Shown piece after piece: positions 9,747-19,412 of a stretch of DNA of 64,000 bases. The stretch's first letter is position 1, and each line of letters begins with the position of its first letter. This DNA is from Planctomycetota bacterium (GTDB lineage Bacteria > Planctomycetota > UBA1135 > UBA2386), in the NCBI GenBank assembly GCA_965228735.1, contig OZ245838.1, positions 2,624,001 to 2,688,000 on the forward strand, read 5' to 3'. The translations under genes were made by a program, and so were the position numbers. Under the pieces are notes generated by a model, which worked only from the letters and a program-made list of their open reading frames with translations, was not told the origin of the DNA and made no database searches.

Positions 9747-10936
9747 CCGACGTCGCGGCTCTGGGCCCGCCGCCAGAACGGCTCGGCACGGGACGCCTGA
9801 GCGCGCTCGCCGTCGCGATCTTCCTGCTGATGATGCCGGAGACCCTGCCGGTCCCGGTGCTGCGCGACCTCGTCATCGACCGCTTCGGTGTCAGCGACGC
9901 CCAGGCCTCGCTGTTCATGGTCGCGAACATGCTCGGCGCGCTCGTTGCCGCGCCGCTCGCGGGGCTCTGGGTCGATCGTTCGGGTCAGCGGCGACGGCTC
10001 TGCATCATCGCGCTGCTCGGCGACGCGGTCCTGATGCAGGCGCTCGCGCACCCCGCGAGCTATCCGACGTTCCTGCTGATCCGCGTCGCCGAAGGCGCGT
10101 GTCACATCACCGCGCTCACGATGCTGATGAGCCTGATCGCCGACCGCGCCGGCGAACGACGCGGCCGCGCGCTCGGCGCGCTCGGCGTCGGCCTCACGCT
10201 CGGCGTCGCGACGGGCGCGGCGGTCGGCGGGATCATCGGCAAGTCCGACCCACTGCTGACGCTGCACGTCGCGAGCGCGTTGCTCGTCGTCGCGGCGATC
10301 GTCTGCGCCCTGCTCCTGCCGCGCGACGTGCCGCCGGTGAAGCGCCCCGGGTTCCGCGAGGTGCTCGTCGCGTTCCGCGACTCCCCGACCGTTCGCGCGC
10401 CGCTCGCGCTCGCGTTCATCGACCGCTTCACGGTCGGCTTCTTCACGACCGGTTTTCCGCTGCTCCTCGCCGGCGTGCACGACGTCGACCGGCGCACGAT
10501 TGGCATGCTGCTCGCGGCGTTTCTGTTTCCGTTCGGCCTGCTGTCGTATCCGTTCGGACGACTCGCCGAACGCTGGTCGCGCCGGCGCCTCGTCGGCATC
10601 GGCAGCGTGCTCTACGGCCTCGGCGTGATCAGCGTCGGCGTCACTCCCCCGGCCGGGCTCTGGGCCGTCATGCCGCTGCTCGGGCTCGGCTCGGCGGTCA
10701 TGTTCATCCCGACGCTGCTGTGGCTGCTCGAACGCGCCCCGGGCATCGGCCGCAGCACCGCGATGGCGTCGTTCCACGCGGCGGGTTCGCTCGGCTTCCT
10801 GCTCGGCCCGCTCGCGTGCGGCGCGCTCGTATCGCTCTCCGACGACCCGTCGACGGGCTACGTGATCGCGTTCGCCGTCGCCGGCTTCACCGAGATCATC
10901 GGCGCGCTGCTCGTCGTCCGCGCGGTGCGGCGGTGA
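9743..10936 (+). CDS. MFS transporter
   Basis: About 12 hydrophobic segments; motif A-like GLWVDRSGQRR and GRLAERWSRRR. Confidence 0.9.
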   Translation: MTDVAALGPPPERLGTGRLSALAVAIFLLMMPETLPVPVLRDLVIDRFGVSDAQASLFMVANMLGALVAAPLAGLWVDRSGQRRRLCIIALLGDAVLMQALAHPASYPTFLLIRVAEGACHITALTMLMSLIADRAGERRGRALGALGVGLTLGVATGAAVGGIIGKSDPLLTLHVASALLVVAAIVCALLLPRDVPPVKRPGFREVLVAFRDSPTVRAPLALAFIDRFTVGFFTTGFPLLLAGVHDVDRRTIGMLLAAFLFPFGLLSYPFGRLAERWSRRRLVGIGSVLYGLGVISVGVTPPAGLWAVMPLLGLGSAVMFIPTLLWLLERAPGIGRSTAMASFHAAGSLGFLLGPLACGALVSLSDDPSTGYVIAFAVAGFTEIIGALLVVRAVRR

Positions 10937-10946
10937 GCGTAGTCGG

Positions 10947-11516
10947 CTATCGAACGATGTCGACCGCGAGCCGCTGCGTCGTGAGCACCTGGGTGCCAGT
11001 CGCGTCGAAGTGCGCACCCTGGAAGTAGAGGGTCATCGCCGGCAGGCTCTCGCGCAGAGGGAACGGGAACGCGACGTCCGGCCCGAAGCCGACCCCCAGC
11101 GTACCGAGGCTCGACGGGCCGACGTTGGGCACGAGCAGGAAACAACTCGGGCGCACGGGCGGCACGCCCGCAAGCGACGCGGTGTGCGGCGTCAACGCGA
11201 TGATCGTCGCGGCGAGCGCGTTCTGGGGCAGCCCGGCCATCCGCACGCCGCAATTCTCGTCGCCGACGAGCACGCTGCCGTACCAACCGAACTGCGCCGT
11301 CGAGCCGCACGTCGGCCCGCTCAGGTTCGGCGGCAGCTCCTGCGCGTGCTCGAAGTCGTAGACCCACGTCACGGACCCGAACCCGTGAATCCCCGTGTAG
11401 CCGACGATGAACTTGTCCGCGTCGTCGTCGAACGTGATCGCCCCCGAACGGCTGAGTTGCCCCGGCGAGAACGGCAACGTCAACCAGGACCGGCAACCGA
11501 ACGAACGAATCTGCAT
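10947..11516 (-). CDS. orphan C-terminal module paralogous to the 3' end of the upstream secreted-protein gene (possibly a gene remnant)
   Basis: TLYFQGAHFDATGTQVLTTQRLAV versus TLFFQGVHFDAAATEVFTTQRLAV; no signal peptide; in-frame TGA two codons before the ATG. Confidence 0.6.
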   Translation of the reverse strand: MQIRSFGCRSWLTLPFSPGQLSRSGAITFDDDADKFIVGYTGIHGFGSVTWVYDFEHAQELPPNLSGPTCGSTAQFGWYGSVLVGDENCGVRMAGLPQNALAATIIALTPHTASLAGVPPVRPSCFLLVPNVGPSSLGTLGVGFGPDVAFPFPLRESLPAMTLYFQGAHFDATGTQVLTTQRLAVDIVR

Positions 11517-11636
11517 GTCTCATCGCACCCGCCTCGTCGCCTCGCGACCGAGTGAGAACGAGCCAGGACGATGGCGACCGACTTGTCCCTGCGATCGCCA
11601 CCATCCCGTCTCCAAAGGAATCCCGCGCGCCGATCG

Positions 11637-13904
11637 CTACTTCGCGAACGGCACCGCGAGACGTTGTGTCGTGAAGACCTCGGTGGCAGCGGCGTCGAAA
11701 TGGACACCCTGGAAGAAGAGCGTCCCCGGGCCGAGCCACTCCGGCAGATCGATCGCGTAGGCGAGGTCCCCGAATCCGATCGGCATGGTTGCCAGGAACG
11801 ACGGTCCGGAGCTCGGCACGTTGAGCCAGCAGCCCGGATGCACGATGGGCAGACCGATCGGCTGGTTGATGAAGTCGAACGCGACGAGGATCGTGCCGAG
11901 CGCGCCGGCCGGACCGCCGATCATCCGGATCTCGCTGCCGGCGTCGCCGATCAGTTGCGTGCCGTGCCAATCGAGGGTCGCCGGGCTGCAGCCGACGCCG
12001 CCGAGGATCAGCGGCCCCGCCGCCACGTGCTCGAATCGGTTCATGAAGACCGCGGAGTGACTCGTCGAGTTGTAGGCCAGCTGGAAACCGTCGGTGCCGT
12101 CGTGGAAGGCAACCGCGCCGGCGTTGGTTCCGAGCTGCGACGTTGCCACGGTCTCGGCGCGCAGGAACGCGCCCGTGTAGCCGATGAGCCGCAGGTAGAC
12201 GTTGTTCGTGACGGTGCTGCGCAGCGTGAACAACGCGTGGCTCCCGGTCCGACGGTCGAAATCGAACCCCGTGAGCACGAGCCGCGCATCGGCTTCGTCG
12301 TAATGCGCATCACCGGGGCCGATGGCGTAGCCGGACGCGTGCCAGTGCACCGGCCAGGTCCGGATGCGGTGGCCGTTCTCCGCCGCAGGCCGCGACCCCA
12401 CGTCACCCGGCCGCGCCCGCATGCAGGCGACGAAGAAGTCGTCGTCCTGGCCCCCGAGGCGCGGCGCCATCTCGTGGAACCCGTTGCCGGCGAACATCGA
12501 GAAGACCGGCCCGGAGCTGCCGTTGCGCCCGACCCGACGGAATTCGATGTCCCAGTCGACGTGCGGGCTGGTGAGCGAATTGTGTCGGATCGCCTGCCAC
12601 CCCACGTGGACGTGTTGCGCCGCGTCGTGAACGTCCGTGACGTCGGGACGTTCGTAGTCTTCGGCGCTCGAATCCATGATCCGGAACGCCGCCCCCGCCG
12701 ACCCGACCGCGAGGTCGATCTCGACGCCGAAGATCGCGCTGGTCGGCGTCGCGCCGAACGTCGCCCCGCGTTCGACCTGGAACACCACCACGAGCGGCAG
12801 CGGCGAGAAGATGTTGAGGTTGGAAGACACCCGCGGGCGCCAGGCGTGGTCCGAGCCGGTATCGACGAACGCGATCGAGTGGGTCTGGGCGTAGGACCCC
12901 CCTTCATGGCGGTGGAAGCGGAGCCTGCAGCTGCCGTTCGAGAAGTGCCGCGCGAACACCAGGACGGTCGCGTGCTCGTGCACGCTCTGCCCCACGTCCG
13001 GCGTGATCGAGGATCAGCCGCTCGCCAGGTCCGTGTAGCAGGTGATGCGGTTGTTGCCGTCATAGTCGACGCGCCACATCTCGAGGTCCGCATCGGTCGC
13101 CGAGGCCCAACGCACCTGGGCGTGCCACGTGTCGCCCGGCGGCAGGTAGGTGCACGTCATCGCCATGTCGCCCACGGGCGCGCCGTGCTGCACGATGAGC
13201 GCGATCCCGACGAGCGGATCCACGACGACCGGATACTGCGCCGCTCTGAGCCAGCCGGCGTCGAGTCGCAGCGTCACCTCGCCGCCGTCGACGGCCGTCG
13301 TCATCGGCCGGGTGTCGCCACGCGCGTCGATCGCGGTCGCGGCGCCGTAGCGCAGGACGGCGTTGCCGGCTGCATCATGGAACAGCACGTCGCCGTGCGC
13401 GGCCCCGCGATCCGTCGCCGACAGGGGCCCAGTGACGCGACCACGGATCACGAGTTCGCCCCCGTTGCGGGGCGGCGCGGTCAGCACGAACGTCTGTTCG
13501 ACCCCCTCGTCGCGCACGTCCCAGGCCTCGACGATCCCACCGAGGTCGTACTCGGCGCGGAACGCGGTGTGCGACAGCCGCGGTGCCTGCGTGCAGAGCT
13601 CCGTTTCGCCCACGGTGGCGGAGACCGTTCGCCACCGCCAGTCCTGGTTGCGCTCGTAGCCGCGCCCCAGGTACGGCACGACGGTGGCGCCGTCGTGGAA
13701 CGACACCTTGTAGGCCGCACCGCTCGCCCAGATCCCGTATTCGATCCCGCCGTCGGCCGCGGCCGTGTGGATCGCCGTCGCGCCGAACGGCACCGCGACG
13801 CCGCTCGCGGGCCGCTGCGGCTCCAGCTGAGCGTCGAGCGGCACGGGCAGCGCCAGCGAGCTCGAGATCGTGATAAGCGCCGTCCACCGGTTGCGTTCGA
13901 GTAT
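11637..13904 (-). pseudogene. large secreted protein (about 755 codons) with ATA at the expected start and an in-frame TGA at 13014-13016
   Basis: AAGGA-N6-ATA followed by signal-peptide-like LERNRWTALITISSSLALPVPLDAQ; one frame continues ...TDLASG*SSITPDVGQSVH... into ORF 11637-12995. Confidence 0.75.
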
Positions 13905-14004
13905 GTGTCGTCCTTGCCAACGGCGGCTCGCGCCCGGCCGGATGCGACCACGCGGCGAACCCGGTTCGTCGAGGCCGGCGGAGCGGAGCCGGACCGGCCG
14001 CCCT

Positions 14005-14102
14005 AGCGCCGCAGTCCTGCCGAACCGGACAGCCCGACCGCAGATTTGCGTACTGCGTCGAAAACGCCGGATTTCCTGTCCGGTCCTGCACCGCGCGGCG
14101 CT
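14005..14102. promoter_or_regulatory. divergent pair of CTGTCCGGT-N10/11-GCGGCGCT motifs, candidate ECF-dependent promoters
   Basis: Minus-strand copy at 14032-14005 and plus-strand copy at 14076-14102. Confidence 0.5.
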
Positions 14103-14147
14103 GAAGGCCCGCGCTTCGCCGCCGCGCGATACGCTCATGACGGCGAT

Positions 14148-17027
14148 ATGACCGAACGTCAGCCCCGAGGCCCGAGCGCCGAGCCCCTCAGCGGCGAGCG
14201 CCAGACGGCCGAGCAGCACGCGCGCCTGGACCGGCTCGCGGCCGCGATGGCCGTGTACCTCGCGCACAAGGCGTCGCCGGACCGCGAGCCGCAGCAGCTG
14301 CTCGCGGACCACGCCGACCTGAGCGACCTGCTCGAACCGATGCTCACGCCGCCGCACGGCGGGCCCGCCGACGAGAGCAGCGGCCCGGCGACACCGCAGA
14401 TCGGCACGGTGCTCGGCGACTACCGGATCCTGCGCGAGCTCGGCCGCGGCGGCATGGGCACGGTCTACCTCGCAGAACAGATCTCGCTGCGCCGGCAGGT
14501 CGCGTTCAAGTTGTTGCACGAGCACCTCACCGTCACGCCGACCGCCATCGCCCGCTTCCGGCGCGAGGCGTCGGCGGCCTCCGGCCTGCAACACCCCGGC
14601 ATCGTGCCGATCCACGAGATCGGCGAGTGGCGCGGCCGCCACTACTTCACCATGGAGTACCTCGAGGGGCGCCCGCTGAACGAACGAATGCACGAGCCCG
14701 ACCTCGGGCTCGGCGGCAGCCAGAGTCGGGCCCGCGAGGCCGCGCAACTCGTCGCCGCGGTCGCGGACGCGCTGCAGCACGCGCACGACCACGGCCTCGT
14801 TCACCGTGACATCAAGCCGCACAACATCATGGTGACGCAGACCGGCACCGTGCACCTGCTCGACTTCGGGCTCGTGCGCGACCGGGCTGCGACCGACGCG
14901 TCCGTCACTCGTGAGTTTCTCGGCACGCCGCACTACTGCAGCCCGGAGCAGATCGCGGGTACGCCGGCCGATGCTCGCAGCGACGTGTTCTCGCTCGGCA
15001 TCGTGCTCTACGAACTGCTCGCCGGCCGCCGGCCGTTCGCGGGCGACACCACGCACGCCGTACTCAAGAACATCGAGGCGGGTACGGCGCAACCGCTGCG
15101 GGCCGCCGCACCCGGCACCCCACGCGACCTGCAGGTGATCTGCGGCAAGGCGATGGCGCGGGCCCCGACGGCCCGCTACGCGACCGCCCGCGCACTCGCC
15201 GACGACCTGCGCCGACACCTGCGTTTCGAGCCGATCCACGCAGCGCCGCCCAGTGCGATCCTGCACGCCGGCAAGTGGCTGCGCCGGCACCGGATCCGGG
15301 TCGCACTCTGGGCCGCCGCGGCCGTCGTCGTGCTCGGCGCGCCCGCGGCCTGGGTGCTCCACGACTGGGACAAGCGCCAGCACGTCGAGAACGAACGGCG
15401 GCAACTGCTCGCGGCCGAGCGCATCGCGTTCGCCGGCATCGAGCGCACGCTGCAGATGCTCATCGACGCGGTGCCGCGGCAGGCAGATTCGGCGGCCCAG
15501 CAACGGGAGCACGTCGACGCCGTCGTCGAGCTGTGCCAGGACTTCCTGGAGGCCCGAACGCGTGATCCGAAACGACGGGCGCGCGTCGCGAACGCGTTCC
15601 GCGTGCTCTCCGACGTCTACCTCGAACTCAGATCGTTCGACGCGGCTCACGCCACTTGCGCGCGCGGCCTGGAACTGCTCGCCGGACCGGACGACGTCGC
15701 CGACGCGGAGGCCGTCGCACTGGCGCGCGCCCGACTGCTGCGCCAGGACCTGCGAGTCCGCCAGTTCATCGCGCCGGCGGAGTGCGACGAGGTATTCGAG
15801 CGCGCCCTGGCGGCATGGCGACCGCTCCTCGATTCCGCCGAGCCCCGCCCGCAGGTCGTCCTCGACTACGCGCACACCCTGATCGATCGCGGACGCGCAC
15901 TGGCCGACTCCGACGAGCGGCGGGCGGCCGCATTGCCCCTGCTCGACGAAGCGCTCGAGCGGCTGGAGCCGCTCGCGGCCAACTCCCCCCGGGCCCGCCA
16001 TCTGACGATTCGTGGGCTCGTCGGTCGAGCGGCGGCAACGCTCGGGCTCGGGAATGCGACGGCCGCGCTCGGCGACCTCGAAGACGTCGCCAACCGAGCC
16101 CGGAGCGCGCCTCCGAGCTATGGGCTCGCGCTCGAATCCGGGCTGGCGACCATCCTGACCGCGAGCGCGCGGCAACGTCGCGGCGAGTTCGAGCAGGCCC
16201 GGACCGTGTTCCGCCAGGCGCTCGCGGACCTCGAGTCTGCGATCGGCACCTATCCCGGCTCTAGCCATCTGCGGCTCGCGCGGTCTCGCGGCATCCTCCG
16301 GTTCGCCACGCTGCAGCTCAGGACGGGTCACGGCGACACCGCCGAGGAGATCTTGCGGCAGCACCGGGCCCGCAACGGACTCCCCGCTCCGCGGACGTTC
16401 GTCGAGCGCGAGGTCGAGGCGCAGATCGCGATGTTGCTCGGCAACTGCATCCTCGTGCGGACCGGGGGCGAGTCACCGGCGGACGCCATCGAGCTGATGC
16501 GCGGCGCGTGCGAGACGTTGCAGGAGATCGCCGCTGCCGAGCCCGATCGCGTGCGGCTTCGGCTGAACCTCGGCGGCGCCTACAACAACCTCGCGGCGAT
16601 CGCGAACGAGCGCGCCGACTTCGAAGCCGCGCGCCGTTACGCCGAGCGGGCGATCGCGGCGCAGGACGCCGTTCTCCGCGCGGCGCCCGACAACCGCCAC
16701 GCGAGGCTGTTCCTCGGCATGCATCAGAGTCAGCTCGCCACCGCGCTCGCGGCGCTCGACGAACCAGCCGGCGCGATCGCGGCCTGCCAGGCAACGCTGG
16801 CGAATGCGCCCGACAACGCCGGCGCGCTCCGCATCGCGGCGACGGCCGCCGCGGTCGCGGCCGAGAGATCCGGCACGCTGGCGCACGAGCGGATCGCCGT
16901 GACCGCCCTCGAGCTGCTGGCGCAGCTCGACCCGGCGGAAGCTCGGCGCTGCCTGCCCGACTCCCGCTTCGCGGCCCTGCGTCAGCGGGCCGACTTCGTC
17001 GCGGTGACGCGGGAGGTCACGCGGTGA
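14148..17027 (+). CDS. serine/threonine protein kinase with one hydrophobic segment and TPR-like C-terminus
   Basis: LGRGGMGTVY, VAFK, HRDIKPHN, DFG, GTPHYCSPEQ, DVFSLG; start taken at MTERQP. Confidence 0.93.
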   Translation: MTERQPRGPSAEPLSGERQTAEQHARLDRLAAAMAVYLAHKASPDREPQQLLADHADLSDLLEPMLTPPHGGPADESSGPATPQIGTVLGDYRILRELGRGGMGTVYLAEQISLRRQVAFKLLHEHLTVTPTAIARFRREASAASGLQHPGIVPIHEIGEWRGRHYFTMEYLEGRPLNERMHEPDLGLGGSQSRAREAAQLVAAVADALQHAHDHGLVHRDIKPHNIMVTQTGTVHLLDFGLVRDRAATDASVTREFLGTPHYCSPEQIAGTPADARSDVFSLGIVLYELLAGRRPFAGDTTHAVLKNIEAGTAQPLRAAAPGTPRDLQVICGKAMARAPTARYATARALADDLRRHLRFEPIHAAPPSAILHAGKWLRRHRIRVALWAAAAVVVLGAPAAWVLHDWDKRQHVENERRQLLAAERIAFAGIERTLQMLIDAVPRQADSAAQQREHVDAVVELCQDFLEARTRDPKRRARVANAFRVLSDVYLELRSFDAAHATCARGLELLAGPDDVADAEAVALARARLLRQDLRVRQFIAPAECDEVFERALAAWRPLLDSAEPRPQVVLDYAHTLIDRGRALADSDERRAAALPLLDEALERLEPLAANSPRARHLTIRGLVGRAAATLGLGNATAALGDLEDVANRARSAPPSYGLALESGLATILTASARQRRGEFEQARTVFRQALADLESAIGTYPGSSHLRLARSRGILRFATLQLRTGHGDTAEEILRQHRARNGLPAPRTFVEREVEAQIAMLLGNCILVRTGGESPADAIELMRGACETLQEIAAAEPDRVRLRLNLGGAYNNLAAIANERADFEAARRYAERAIAAQDAVLRAAPDNRHARLFLGMHQSQLATALAALDEPAGAIAACQATLANAPDNAGALRIAATAAAVAAERSGTLAHERIAVTALELLAQLDPAEARRCLPDSRFAALRQRADFVAVTREVTR

Positions 17028-17650
17028 CGAGCGACAGCGTCTCGAGCCTCATGCTGCTGGTGCGACGCGGCGACCAGACGGCGCTGCAGCAGCTGCTCAC
17101 CGAACACCTGCCGTGGATCGAACAACGCGTTCGCCGCCGCCTGTCCAACCTGCTGCGGCGCGACGGCGACACCCAGGACTTCGTGCAGGAAGCGATGGTC
17201 GACGCGCTCCGCGACGGCCCGCACTTCGTCATCGAGAACGTCGACGGTTTCCGCGCCCTGCTCGCGCGCATCGTCGAGAACAACCTGCGCGACCGGTGCC
17301 GCCGCATGAAGCGCGAACGGCGCGACATCCGTCGACAGCGCGCGATGCCGAACGAGTCGGTCCTGCAGCTCGACGCCCCGGCCCGTTCGATCACCGAGCC
17401 GCCGACGGCCGCCGAACGCAACGAGTGCGCCGCGTGGCTGCAGCTCGCCCTCGAGATGCTGGCACCCGAGGATCGCGAGGTCGTTCGCCTGCGCGTCTGG
17501 GACGGCGTCACGTTCCCCGAGATCGGCCGCGTGATGGAGCTGTCCGAGGACGCGGTGCGCAAGCGCTACCGCCGGGCGCTGCCCCGCCTCGCCGAGAAGC
17601 TCGAGATGCTCCGCTCGGGTCGCTGGGAGAGCACCCTCGACGACGATTGA
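17024..17650 (+). CDS. ECF-type RNA polymerase sigma factor
   Basis: GTG overlapping the kinase stop, GGAGG upstream; DTQDFVQEA (region 2) and EDREVVRLR...TFPEIGRVMELSEDAVRKRYRRA (region 4). Confidence 0.9.
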   Translation: MTSDSVSSLMLLVRRGDQTALQQLLTEHLPWIEQRVRRRLSNLLRRDGDTQDFVQEAMVDALRDGPHFVIENVDGFRALLARIVENNLRDRCRRMKRERRDIRRQRAMPNESVLQLDAPARSITEPPTAAERNECAAWLQLALEMLAPEDREVVRLRVWDGVTFPEIGRVMELSEDAVRKRYRRALPRLAEKLEMLRSGRWESTLDDD

Positions 17651-17692
17651 GCCCGGTCAGCCGACCGAACGCCGCACTCGTCTCGGCGCCCC

Positions 17693-18808
17693 TCACTCCG
17701 CGAGCTGCGCGAGCTCGCGCGCGAGTCCGCGCAGGCGCTGGCCCTGCAGGTTGCAGAGGATGACGACGACGACCGCGCTGTCCGGCCGCATGTAGAGCAC
17801 GGTGCTGACCCGCGACTGCGCGCCGGTGTGGCTGATCTCACGGTGGCCAGAGCGCTCGGCGATGCCGAACCCGAGCCCGTAGCCCGTGCCGGCGCCGCCC
17901 GTCGTCCGTTGCTCGGTCCACATCTTCGCCAGCGTCTCGGGCTGCACGAGCTTGCCATGCAGCAGCGCCTGGCCGAAGCGCACGAGGTCGGGCGCGTTGC
18001 TGCACAGCCCGCCGCCGCCGAGCTTGTAGGAGCCGTCCATGAGCACGCTGTTCTGCAGCCGACCCGCGACCCGCCGATAGCCCTGCGCCCGGTGCTTGAT
18101 GATCCGTCGCACGTCGTCGTCCTGCAGGGTCAGCGCGCCGCTCGGCTCGCTCACGAGCTCCTGCACGACCCGCGGGAACGCCGCCCCGGCCCGGGCCTCG
18201 ACCACCGCCGCCGCCAGGTTGTAGCCGAACGTCGTGTAGCGATACTTCGACCCCGGCTCGTGCAGCAACGGATCGTCGCGGAAGCGTTCGAGCGCCAGCG
18301 TCTGCGTCGCGTAGTGCCGCGTGCTCTCGCCCTCGAGGGGCTTGTAGTGCCGCACGCCCCCGAGGTGCCCGAGCAGCTGCCGCGTCGTCACCGGCCAACG
18401 CTTCGCCGGCCACGCCTCGACGAGCTGGCTGACCGGGGCATCGAGATCGAGCCTGCCCTGTTCGACGAGCCGCAGCGCGCACACCGCCGTGATCGGCTTG
18501 CTGATCGACGCGAGGCGATACACCGTCGCCGCGGTCGCCGGAACGTCGTTCTCCACGTCCGCGGTCCCGAACCCGTCGGCGAACGGGATGGCCTCGCCGA
18601 CCCCGATCGCCGCGGACATCCCGGGGATCTCGTTCTGCTTCCGGAACTGCTCGAGCCGTTCACGGGCGGCCGCGCGCCAGTCCTGGGCGTCGCCGCCGTC
18701 CTGCGCCGTGAGGCCCCCACCGCTGATCGACAAGCCCAGGCAGAGGGCGAACGACCACGCGCGCCGGATCGGCCCGCGGCAAGAATCCCGAACTTCTCGA
18801 CATGTCAT
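17693..18808 (-). CDS. serine hydrolase, beta-lactamase class C / PBP-like
   Basis: YRLASISK (SxxK), LLGHLGG, PGSKYRYTT, HTG; start codon uncertain. Confidence 0.9.
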   Translation of the reverse strand: MTCREVRDSCRGPIRRAWSFALCLGLSISGGGLTAQDGGDAQDWRAAARERLEQFRKQNEIPGMSAAIGVGEAIPFADGFGTADVENDVPATAATVYRLASISKPITAVCALRLVEQGRLDLDAPVSQLVEAWPAKRWPVTTRQLLGHLGGVRHYKPLEGESTRHYATQTLALERFRDDPLLHEPGSKYRYTTFGYNLAAAVVEARAGAAFPRVVQELVSEPSGALTLQDDDVRRIIKHRAQGYRRVAGRLQNSVLMDGSYKLGGGGLCSNAPDLVRFGQALLHGKLVQPETLAKMWTEQRTTGGAGTGYGLGFGIAERSGHREISHTGAQSRVSTVLYMRPDSAVVVVILCNLQGQRLRGLARELAQLAE

Positions 18809-18840
18809 CGCGTTCCAGAGCTTAGGTACGAGCCGTGTCG

Positions 18841-18869
18841 TTGCACTCCCCGCCCGGCTCGGGCACCGT
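18841..18869 (+). promoter_or_regulatory. putative sigma70 promoter TTGCAC-N17-CACCGT, leaderless
   Basis: Ends 6 nt before ATG 18876; no Shine-Dalgarno visible. Confidence 0.35.
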
Positions 18870-18875
18870 AGCTCC

Positions 18876-19412
18876 ATGACCGACGCGGTCGTTCCAGAAC
18901 CAGCCAGCCCGCCCGCTCCCGAACCGGCGCTCGATCCGCCGACCGAGAAGCTCAACGGGCGCGTCGTGCTCTATTGGCAACTTTCCGACGGCGCGAGCTC
19001 GCTGTTCGTCGCGGGCCTTGCGTGGTTCGTCGGGCGCCCGTTCGCCTCGCGCTGGGAGCACTGGTCCGACCTGCTCGACAACGCGCTGCTCGGCCTGTGC
19101 ATCACGCTCGTCGCGGCCGCGATCCTCGTCGCGCCGATCGCCTACGCGCGCTGGCGCTACGCGTTCCGCGACGACCTGCTGCTGATGCGCTACGGCATCC
19201 TGTTCGTCGAAGAACGCGCCGTGCCCGTGCGCCGCATGCAGCACGTCGACCTGATGCGCGGCCCGATCGAACGCGTGTTCGGTCTCGCGACGCTCGTCGT
19301 CTACACGGCCGGCAACGAAGGGTCCGCGTTCCGCGTGCCCGGGTTGCGGCTCGCGCGCGCGCAGGAACTCAGGGATCGGATCGTCGAGGCGCGCGGTGAC
19401 GGCCGACTCTGA
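18876..19412 (+). CDS. bacterial PH domain membrane protein (YdbS-like)
   Basis: Two TM segments, then YARWRY...VPVRRMQHVDLMRGPIERVFGLATLVVYTAG. Confidence 0.85.
   Translation: MTDAVVPEPASPPAPEPALDPPTEKLNGRVVLYWQLSDGASSLFVAGLAWFVGRPFASRWEHWSDLLDNALLGLCITLVAAAILVAPIAYARWRYAFRDDLLLMRYGILFVEERAVPVRRMQHVDLMRGPIERVFGLATLVVYTAGNEGSAFRVPGLRLARAQELRDRIVEARGDGRL

Noticed and set aside
10947..12200. Diversity-generating retroelement TR/VR pair
   Set aside because: The copies are diverged throughout rather than at adenines only; no reverse transcriptase in the window
12980..13016. Selenocysteine recoding of the in-frame TGA
   Set aside because: Only a 4-bp CACG/CGTG stem follows and there is no redox motif; TGG-to-TGA is simpler given the ATA start. 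Not formally excluded
13014..16364. 1116-aa minus-strand ORF as a single gene
   Set aside because: Its 5' three-quarters are the antisense shadow of the kinase and the intergenic region; only 13014-13904 looks like real protein
17693..18808. Antibiotic-resistance beta-lactamase
   Set aside because: Generic serine hydrolase motifs (YTT, HTG); nothing indicates true AmpC activity
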